This document shows positions 18,979-25,568 of a stretch of 25,568 nucleotides of DNA, piece by piece. Source of the stretch: Candidatus Hadarchaeales archaeon (GTDB taxonomy: Archaea > Hadarchaeota > Hadarchaeia > Hadarchaeales > Hadarchaeaceae). The DNA lies in the NCBI GenBank assembly GCA_038872135.1, contig JAVZGN010000014.1:1-25568 (forward strand), written 5' to 3'. Both the position numbers and the translations under genes were made by a program. A model generated the notes under the pieces. It had not been told where the DNA came from. It did no database searches and worked only from the letters and a program-made list of their open reading frames with translations. Numbering within the stretch: the stretch's first letter is position 1; each line of letters starts with the position of its first letter.

Positions 18979-20137
18979 CCAGGTGCCTCCCGATAATTTC
19001 TAAATCCTTGTCTCCTCTCCCAGAGTAGTTTATCACTATCAACTCATCCTTCTCAAATTCCTCAGGATGGTTAATCACATATGCGATGGCGTGAGCCGTC
19101 TCCAGCGCTGGAATCAACCCCTCTGTCTTGCTCATGATTTTCACTGCCTCAAAAACCTCCCTGTCAAATGCATACACTGGTTTAACCCTTCCAATCTCAC
19201 AAAGATGAGAAATCTCTGGACCTCTCCCTGGATAATTTAGTCCCGCCGCCCTCGTCCTTGACGGCTTCACTTGCCCATGTTCATCCTGGAGAAGTTGCAT
19301 CAACGCCCCGTGGAGAACCCCTGGCCTTCCGAGGACAAAAGCTGCAGCACTATTGTCTGCATCTAGGCTCTCGCCTCCCCCCTCAACAAAATAAAGCCTC
19401 ACATCCTTTTCCTCGACGAAAGGCCTGAATGCCCCGATGGCATTGCTCCCCCCGCTTCCACACGCTACTATTGCGTCTGGCAACCTCCCCTCCGCCTCAA
19501 GAATCTGCTTTTTTATCTCCTCGCCAATAACCTTCTGAAAACTCGCAACAATTTCTGGGAAGGGGTGAGGGCCGACAGCAGATCCCATTAGATAGTGAGT
19601 ATCTCGGCTGCAGGTCGCCCACTCCCTAAGGGTGTCCGAGACAGCATCCTTGAGCAGGCCATCGCCCGTCGCCACCGGGGTAACCTTTGCTCCCAAAAGG
19701 CGCATCCGCTCAACATTACTCCTCTGCCTCTCGATGTCCTTCACACCCATGAATATCTCAACCTCAAGACCAACGACGTTCCCGGCCATTGCCACAGAAA
19801 TACCATGTTGTCCCGCCGCCGTCTCTGTGATCAGCCTTCTCTTCCCCATCCTCTTCGCAAGAAGAGCCTGCCCCAAGGAGTTGTTCAGCTTGTGTGAACC
19901 ACCACAGAGGAGGTCCTCCCTCTTCAGGTAGACCTTCTTTCCAATGAACCTGCTGAAGTTCTTTGCGTGGTAGAGGGGGGTCGGTCTCCCAGCATAGTCT
20001 CTGAGAAGCCGCGAGAATTCCCGCTGGAATTCCTCCGTTGGGTAGATCCTCTCAAAGGCCTCCTCTAGCTCAATCAATGCATGCATCAAAACCTCGCTTA
20101 CAAACCTTCCCCCAAACCTCCCAAACCATCCCTTCAT
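18968..20137 (-). CDS. trpB: Tryptophan synthase beta subunit (TrpB1 type)
   Basis: FG.FGG.FV, YAGRPTPL, LKREDL..GGSHKLNN (PLP lysine), AGQHG, GPHPFP, EGLIPALE, SGRGDKD. Confidence 0.96.
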   Translation of the reverse strand: MKGWFGRFGGRFVSEVLMHALIELEEAFERIYPTEEFQREFSRLLRDYAGRPTPLYHAKNFSRFIGKKVYLKREDLLCGGSHKLNNSLGQALLAKRMGKRRLITETAAGQHGISVAMAGNVVGLEVEIFMGVKDIERQRSNVERMRLLGAKVTPVATGDGLLKDAVSDTLREWATCSRDTHYLMGSAVGPHPFPEIVASFQKVIGEEIKKQILEAEGRLPDAIVACGSGGSNAIGAFRPFVEEKDVRLYFVEGGGESLDADNSAAAFVLGRPGVLHGALMQLLQDEHGQVKPSRTRAAGLNYPGRGPEISHLCEIGRVKPVYAFDREVFEAVKIMSKTEGLIPALETAHAIAYVINHPEEFEKDELIVINYSGRGDKDLEIIGRHLGGD

Positions 20138-20784
20138 CCACTCTCCCTCGCAATCCTTATGAACTCCTTCACCAGCTCGGGGTCCTTTATCCCTACCTCC
20201 TTTTCCACTCCAGTGGCAACATCTACACCGTGGGGCCTGACGGCTTCTATTGCCTTTCTCAAATTCATTGGATTAAGCCCTCCGGCGAGAAAAGCGGGTT
20301 TTTTGATGGAAGCGCAAATTTTTCTGCTTATCCTCCAATCATGCATCTTCCCTGTCCCCCCGCCCTCAGGCCCCTTCGTGTCCAAAAGAACAAAATCCCC
20401 GATTTCCGCCGCATCCTTTGCGAGCCCAAATATTGCTGCCTCGTCTGGATTTTCTGGCGGTATCGGGACAACCATGATCAACCCTGCACTGAGCGATTTC
20501 TTAACCATCTCAATCTTTTCAAGCGGGATTGAGGGATGAAGCTGAATATAATCTGGCCTGAGCTTTTCCTCCACAAACTCTAGCTCCGAGGGATTTTCAG
20601 GCATGAGGACCGCCACTTTCATGGAGTTCTCCCCTACCCTTTTGAAAATCTCTCCGGCTCTTTCCAGCGAAACGCATCTCCTCGAACCTTTCACCAGAAT
20701 CACTCCAACCATGTCTGCTCCGAGACTGCTGACCATCTCCCCATCCTCAGGCCTGGTTATCCCGCAGATTTTCACCTTCACCAT
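20134..20784 (-). CDS. trpF: Phosphoribosylanthranilate isomerase
   Basis: VKICGIT, QLH, LLDT..GGGTG..HDW, LAGGLNP.N, GVDVATGVE. Confidence 0.96.
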   Translation of the reverse strand: MVKVKICGITRPEDGEMVSSLGADMVGVILVKGSRRCVSLERAGEIFKRVGENSMKVAVLMPENPSELEFVEEKLRPDYIQLHPSIPLEKIEMVKKSLSAGLIMVVPIPPENPDEAAIFGLAKDAAEIGDFVLLDTKGPEGGGTGKMHDWRISRKICASIKKPAFLAGGLNPMNLRKAIEAVRPHGVDVATGVEKEVGIKDPELVKEFIRIARESG

Positions 20785-21539
20785 CTTCCTGCCTCCACCA
20801 GCTCTCTCACCTTGCCCTCGATGTCTCCACTTTTCATTATGGCTGTCCCGACGAGAACTGCATCGGCGCCTGCTCTCAGCACCCTCCTCACATCTTCCGG
20901 CCCCTCTATACCACTCTCGCTCACCACAATTGCCTTTTCTGAAACAAGCGGAGCCAGCTCCTCGGTTCTCCTTAGGTCAACCTTAAGGGTTTCCAGGTCC
21001 CTGTTGTTTATTCCCACGAGCTTTGCCCCAGCAGCCTTGGCGATTTCAACCTCCCTCTCGCTCGTTACCTCAACTAACGCCTCCATCCCGAGCTCCCTTA
21101 CCACATCCAGAAGTTCTCCGGTTTTCTCTCCAAGGATTTTGACGATGAGGAGGACGGCATCGGCTCCAAAAGCTGCCGCTTCCTGAAGCTGAATCTCATC
21201 GATAATAAAATCTTTTCTCAGGAGTGGAATATTCAATTTTCTCAAAAGTGGGAGGAAGGAGAGATCTCCTCTGAAAAACTTCGGCTCAGTGAGTACCGAG
21301 AGCCCGATAGCCCCTCCTCTCACCATTGCCGAACCAATCTCAAGAGGGTCTCCCTCTGGTTTTATTTCTCCCGCAGACGGCGACGCCCTCTTTATCTCAG
21401 CGACGACTGGAACAGCGGGTGCTTTTTCAATCGCTCTCCTGAGACTCCTTCTCTTTGTTGGCTCAACCCTCGGAGGATTCTTCTTCAAGAGCTCCACTCT
21501 CTTCTCAACTTCCGGCAGAATATCGGAGAGAAAGCTCAA
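20778..21539 (-). CDS. trpC: Indole-3-glycerol phosphate synthase
   Basis: AEIKRASPS, SVLTEPKFF.G, LRKDFII, GADAVLLI, GINNRDL, SESGI; TTG start overlapping the trpD stop. Confidence 0.96.
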   Translation of the reverse strand: MSFLSDILPEVEKRVELLKKNPPRVEPTKRRSLRRAIEKAPAVPVVAEIKRASPSAGEIKPEGDPLEIGSAMVRGGAIGLSVLTEPKFFRGDLSFLPLLRKLNIPLLRKDFIIDEIQLQEAAAFGADAVLLIVKILGEKTGELLDVVRELGMEALVEVTSEREVEIAKAAGAKLVGINNRDLETLKVDLRRTEELAPLVSEKAIVVSESGIEGPEDVRRVLRAGADAVLVGTAIMKSGDIEGKVRELVEAGRW

Positions 21540-22588
21540 AGATGCTCCTCCATTTTCCTGAGGGTTTCAAGGTTTCCCCCAGTAGCCTCTACAAGCTCCC
21601 GGAGCTTTCTGTAGGCCTCTCCAGAATCTATCGACTCTTCGGCAACCGGGATTCCTTCGATAATATCTTCGGCCAGGCCACCCACAGCTATTGCCGCGGC
21701 TGCATTCAGAACCACGATGTCTCTCCTCGGCCCTTTTTCCCCATTTAACACCCTCAGCAGAATCTTCGCGTTCTCCTCAGCGGTCATTCCCGCGAGATCC
21801 TCTGGCGCCGCTCTTTTCATTCCAAAATCCTCTGGCTGAATCACTCTGCTAAAAACCTTCCCCCCCTTCACCTCTGCGATCATGGTTTTTCCAAGGGTAG
21901 AAATCTCGTCCAAGCCATCTATCCCATGAACTACCATCGCCCTTTCGCTTCCAAGCTTCAGAAGAACTTCTGCGATTTTCTCGGTCAGCGCTCCGTCAAA
22001 GACCCCGAGGAGCTGGGAGGTGGCGCCGGCTGGGTTTGTGAGTGGGCCCAGAATGTTGAAAACTGTGCGGATGCCCATCTCCCTCCTAACCTTCGCCACC
22101 TGCTTCATGGCCGGGTGGAAGAGCGGTGCAAACATGAAGCCGAGCCCAATCTCATCTATGCACCGCTCAACCTCCGCTGGCGGGAGATCTATCCTCACCC
22201 CTAGAGCCTCCACAACATCAGCGCTCCCAGCCCTGCTCGTCACGCTCCTGTTCCCATGCTTTGCGACTGCTATCCCAGCTCCAGCGACCACAAACATTGC
22301 TGCGGTGCTTACATTGAACGTCTTTATCCTGTCCCCCCCAGTCCCGCAGGTGTCCACCAGCGGCCTTCTCGATGGGTAGATCTTTGTAGCAAATTCCCTC
22401 ATCACCCCAGCGAAAGCCGTTATTTCCTCCACCGTCTCTCCCTTCAGCCTCAGAGCCGTGAGAAACGCCGCCATCTGGGCCTCTGTCGCCTCTCCCTTCA
22501 TTATGCACTTCATCGCCTCCTCTGCCTCTTCCCTCGACAGGTCCTGCAACAGAAGAAGCTTTTCTATCATCACTCGAAGCCCATCCAT
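21536..22588 (-). CDS. trpD: Anthranilate phosphoribosyltransferase
   Basis: DTCGTGGD, NVST, AKHGNRSVTS..GSAD, FAPLFHPAM, RTVFNILGPLTNP, GLDEIS. Confidence 0.97.
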   Translation of the reverse strand: MDGLRVMIEKLLLLQDLSREEAEEAMKCIMKGEATEAQMAAFLTALRLKGETVEEITAFAGVMREFATKIYPSRRPLVDTCGTGGDRIKTFNVSTAAMFVVAGAGIAVAKHGNRSVTSRAGSADVVEALGVRIDLPPAEVERCIDEIGLGFMFAPLFHPAMKQVAKVRREMGIRTVFNILGPLTNPAGATSQLLGVFDGALTEKIAEVLLKLGSERAMVVHGIDGLDEISTLGKTMIAEVKGGKVFSRVIQPEDFGMKRAAPEDLAGMTAEENAKILLRVLNGEKGPRRDIVVLNAAAAIAVGGLAEDIIEGIPVAEESIDSGEAYRKLRELVEATGGNLETLRKMEEHL

Positions 22589-22591
22589 CTC

Positions 22592-23161
22592 TCACACCTC
22601 CAGAAAATTTTTGATCAACTTCTTCCCATATTTGGTGAGAATCGACTCCGGGTGGAACTGAACCCCGAAAATCGGAAGCTCTTTGTGCTCTACCGCCATT
22701 ATCTCCTCGAACCTGTCCTCAGTCACAGCCGTCACCCTCAAACACTCCGGTAGGGTCGCGGGGTCGGCAACCAGCGAGTGGTAGCGAGTGGCTTCAAATG
22801 GGCTTGGAATCCCCTTGAAAAGCCTGCTTCCATCATGGCTTATCCTCGAGACCTTCCCATGCATGAGCTGCTTTGCCTGAACTATCCTTCCCCCAAAAGC
22901 GTAGACTACCGCCTGGTGGCCGAGACAAACGCCCAGAACCGGGATTTTTCTCCCAAGCTTCAGAACGGCCTCAACGGAAACTCCCGCCTCTCTTGGGGTC
23001 TTGGGGCCAGGAGAAATCACAAGCTTCTCGGGTTTTGCTCTCATGATTTTTGAGATCGGAGTGTCATTCATGAGCACTACTGGCTCTGCTCCAAGCTCCC
23101 CAATGTAGTGGACGAGGTTATAGACGAAAGAATCCACGTTATCTATCACGGCCACTTTCAT
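22592..23161 (-). CDS. trpG: Anthranilate synthase component II (glutamine amidotransferase)
   Basis: IDN.DSFVYNL, ISPGP, GVCLGHQ, RYHSL, GVQFHPESI. Confidence 0.97.
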   Translation of the reverse strand: MKVAVIDNVDSFVYNLVHYIGELGAEPVVLMNDTPISKIMRAKPEKLVISPGPKTPREAGVSVEAVLKLGRKIPVLGVCLGHQAVVYAFGGRIVQAKQLMHGKVSRISHDGSRLFKGIPSPFEATRYHSLVADPATLPECLRVTAVTEDRFEEIMAVEHKELPIFGVQFHPESILTKYGKKLIKNFLEV

Positions 23162-24595
23162 CTAGACACCCGCCGCAGCCAGCAGCGCCCTGGCTTTATT
23201 TTCCGTCTCATAGTGCTCCCTCTCGGGAATGGAGTCTGCGACTATTCCTGCCCCGGCGTAAATGTAGCCCTTTCCCTTTTCAATCACCATGGTCCTGATT
23301 GTTATCGCCAGGTCAGCGTTTCCATTGTAGCTGAATGAACCGATGGCCCCAGCATAAATCCCCCTCCTCACTGGCTCGAGCTCCTCGATTATCTCCATCG
23401 CCCTCACCTTCGGGGCCCCGGTGACAGTTCCAGCGGGGAAGGTGGCCCGGAGGGCATCGAAAGCATCCTTGTCCTTTCTCAACCTGCCCACTACATTAGA
23501 AACTAGATGCTGGACATGGCTGTATTTCTCAACTTTCATGAACTCGGTCACCTTCACGGAATTGAACTCGGCCACCTTTCCGATGTCGTTTCTCCCTAAA
23601 TCCACGAGCATCACATGCTCTGCTTTCTCCTTTTCATCTGTCAAAAGCTCCCGCTCCATGGCCCTTTCATCAACAAGGTCTCTTCCCCTTCTCCTGGTTC
23701 CAGCAATTGGCCTCGTGATCACATTTCTTCCCTCAACCTTCACCAGAATCTCAGGGCTTGAGCCGATGATGGTTCTCTCTGGAAAACTCAGGAAAAACAT
23801 GTAGGGGGAGGGATTTATCCTGCGGAGGTTTATGTAGAACTGCTCTGGGTTTGGGGCAGGCGAGAGGGTTATTCTCCTGGCTATCACGGCTTGAATGATG
23901 TCCCCCTCCCTGATGTACCGCTTCACTTTTCTGACGCAAGACTCGAACTCTCCTCTGCCCGGAACAGAGGAGATTTTCGGTCTGACGGTGGTGGGGGAAG
24001 GCTCGACTTCCAGAATTGCTCTCATTTCTGCGAGGCTTTCCTCCGCAAACCGGAGCTCCTCTGATAGGGGTTTGCCATCTAGAAACACTAGGCAGCAGAA
24101 ATGGGTGAGCTTCTTCACATGGTCGAAAACTATGACTTTTCTTGGAAGGATGAACTCTAGCGTCGGCTGCTTCAAATCGTCTTTTGATCTGGATTCCAGT
24201 TTCACCAAGGTGCGGACATAGTCATAGGAGATGTAACCCACACACGAGGAGAGGTAGCTGGATGTGAGAGGAGGTGTGCTTATCTTTCCAAACCCAGCCG
24301 CAGTTTTCAGGATGGAAAGGGCATCTTTTCTTTCCTTGGTTTCGAAAGCCAGCCCTCCGGAAATCTCGACCTTTTCACGATCAACTTTTACGTAAAGGAG
24401 CGGGTCATAACCGATAACGGAATATCTCGCCTTTTCTCCAGGTCCCTCGGCTGACTCCAGAAGATATGAGGGGGTAGTCCTCCGCTGGATTCCCAAGTAG
24501 ATTTTGGCGGGGTCTGGACAACCCGTTTTCACTTGGACGACAGGTATGAGCGAAGGGGGCTCCATTTCTTTGAGGATGGATTTTAGCCCTTTCAT
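23162..24595 (-). CDS. trpE: Anthranilate synthase component I
   Basis: YLLES and NPSPYM (Trp feedback site), GSSPE, PIAGTRRRG, EHVMLVDLGRND, FPAGTVTGAPKVRAM, AGAGIVADS; first gene of trpEGDCFBA. Confidence 0.97.
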   Translation of the reverse strand: MKGLKSILKEMEPPSLIPVVQVKTGCPDPAKIYLGIQRRTTPSYLLESAEGPGEKARYSVIGYDPLLYVKVDREKVEISGGLAFETKERKDALSILKTAAGFGKISTPPLTSSYLSSCVGYISYDYVRTLVKLESRSKDDLKQPTLEFILPRKVIVFDHVKKLTHFCCLVFLDGKPLSEELRFAEESLAEMRAILEVEPSPTTVRPKISSVPGRGEFESCVRKVKRYIREGDIIQAVIARRITLSPAPNPEQFYINLRRINPSPYMFFLSFPERTIIGSSPEILVKVEGRNVITRPIAGTRRRGRDLVDERAMERELLTDEKEKAEHVMLVDLGRNDIGKVAEFNSVKVTEFMKVEKYSHVQHLVSNVVGRLRKDKDAFDALRATFPAGTVTGAPKVRAMEIIEELEPVRRGIYAGAIGSFSYNGNADLAITIRTMVIEKGKGYIYAGAGIVADSIPEREHYETENKARALLAAAGV

Positions 24596-24596
24596 C

Positions 24597-24648
24597 AGTA
24601 CTTTTTTGTAATTGTACTATTTAATACTTTAGTGTATATTTTTGTACA
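24597..24648. promoter_or_regulatory. trp operon promoter with TRP-box-like (TGTACA) repeats flanking the TATA box
   Basis: TGTACA 24643-48, TGTATA 24633-38, AATACT 24623-28, TGTACT 24613-18 (10-bp phasing); AGTACT 24597-602 and TGTAAT 24607-12. Minus-strand TTAAATA at 24618-24624, about 25 bp before the trpE ATG. Confidence 0.75.
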
Positions 24649-24733
24649 TTTATGGAAGGGGTGTGAAGAGGAGCTTTCGTGGATGCGTGTGTAACGCGAG
24701 ATTCGGGTTATTCAGGCTAGTTCCACATACCGG

Positions 24734-24781
24734 CTAAATCCACCACCACGGCCTCCGCAAATCAAAGTGAATGGGCTTCAC
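24734..24781 (-). CDS. Candidate Trp-rich leader peptide MKPIHFDLRRPWWWI (trpL-like)
   Basis: GTG AAG CCC ATT CAC TTT GAT TTG CGG AGG CCG TGG TGG TGG ATT TAG; same strand as trpE and 138 bp upstream of it; GTG overlaps the upstream gene's ancestral TGA. No clear SD. Confidence 0.4.
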   Translation of the reverse strand: MKPIHFDLRRPWWWI

Positions 24782-25344
24782 AATAGCCTGATGCTTTTCA
24801 CGACTCTTTCAAAAATCGGTTCGTCCAGATAGAATAGCGATGCCTCAGCCATGTAATATACTCGGTACCATGATTTGAATTATCCACAAAAGTAATCGTC
24901 CTGATCTTAACTGGTATCCCCTCCCGAGAAAGTCCCATGTCCTTCCCATCCTGGAAACCCAAGTACATCAGCAAAATGTTCGCTGGTCATTGTTAATCCT
25001 TGGAGCCTTTCGAGACGAAATTTTACCCAATAAACCCATTCTTCCAGTGTGTGGATGCGCGACGAGAAACCCGTGTTAAAAGTTATTTGGAATTTTTCGT
25101 CTGATTTAAGTAATGAAAGTGTGAATCCATTTTCATTTTCTCCAAATGTTTCCTTTTCATCAACTATTCTGTAGTCGCTTGGAATTTCGATCTCAAAGCC
25201 CCACTTCGGGTTGGAGTAAAGAAAAGATCCTTGAGGGTTTGATGGTCCCAAAGAAAGGGCAAACGAAACAAAAACGGTCACAAACACAATTGCTCCGAAA
25301 ACGAGGCCGATGATGCGCTTCGAACGCCCTGTTTCTAACCTCAA
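24778..25344 (-). pseudogene. Membrane-anchored PsbP-like protein disrupted by two compensating frameshifts
   Basis: N-terminal TM and YSNPKWGFEIEIPSDY (PsbP-like). The ORF stops at 24907; the +1 frame continues EGIPVKIRTITFVDN; the original frame resumes WYRVYYMAEASLFYLDEPIFERVVKSIRLL* ending at TGA 24778-80. Confidence 0.65.
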
Positions 25345-25363
25345 AAGTTTCCGGGGACATTAA

Positions 25364-25568
25364 AAGCAGGGGCAGGGGCTAATCCCGAAAATATTCAGAA
25401 AAAAGTACGGTATAAAAGAGAACGGCTCAGTTACCTTAGAACTCGCCCCAGAAGGAATTCTGATGAGAGGAAAACCTTCCCAAGAAGAGTTGGCCGAAAA
25501 GCTTAGAGAGCACGTGAACAAGATTCGGGAGTTGGGATTGGTTGGCCCAAAGTTGGGAGAACTCAAAA
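25364..25568 (+). pseudogene. AbrB/MazE/SpoVT-family DNA-binding protein (VapB-like antitoxin), 5'-truncated, runs off the window
   Basis: Open frame KQGQGLIPKIFRKKYGIKENGSVTLELAPEGILMRGKPSQEELAEKLREHVNKIRELGLVGPKLGELK matches the AbrB GQxxIPKxxRxxxGIxxG pattern; in-frame TAA at 25361-63 and no start codon ahead of the motif. Confidence 0.7.

Noticed and set aside
1520-24221. Numerous 60-180 aa ORFs antisense to or nested within trpS, lhr, leuS, glnA, the T4P genes and the trp genes
   Set aside because: Shadow frames of well-supported genes with no recognisable motifs.
24652-24790. Divergent trpY, or a plus-strand PIN/VapC relic (AFVDACV...*FHIPAK)
   Set aside because: No TrpY-like frame. 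The PIN resemblance is a few residues with a stop and frameshift; it remains a possible alternative origin for the leader region and is testable by tblastx.
25360-25566. 68-aa minus-strand ORF
   Set aside because: Shadow of the plus-strand AbrB-like frame.

Overview
Archaeal chromosomal window with euryarchaeal-type gene content (short EndA, Lsm-L37e pair, C1-G72 intron-containing tRNA-Tyr); the lineage cannot be fixed from sequence alone. The core is mostly housekeeping: endA, trpS, a TSUP transporter, Lhr helicase, rpl37e/lsm, leuS, a PGF-pre-PGF surface protein, tRNA-Tyr(GTA), glnA, a divergent type IV pilus/T2SS ATPase plus membrane-platform pair, and a complete trpEGDCFBA operon. Both ends carry decayed genes that the ORF track misses: an internally deleted archaeal ATPase-wHTH gene behind a 42-bp tandem palindrome, a doubly frameshifted PsbP-like gene, and a 5'-truncated AbrB antitoxin. 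The best lead is the trpE upstream region. It holds a phased array of TrpY-type TRP boxes around the TATA box and, further upstream on the same strand, a 15-codon ORF with three consecutive Trp codons (MKPIHFDLRRPWWWI), a Met-Trp-Asn minigene and a C-rich tract. Together these are a candidate archaeal ribosome-sensed Trp leader/attenuation system; this is inference and needs a conservation check.
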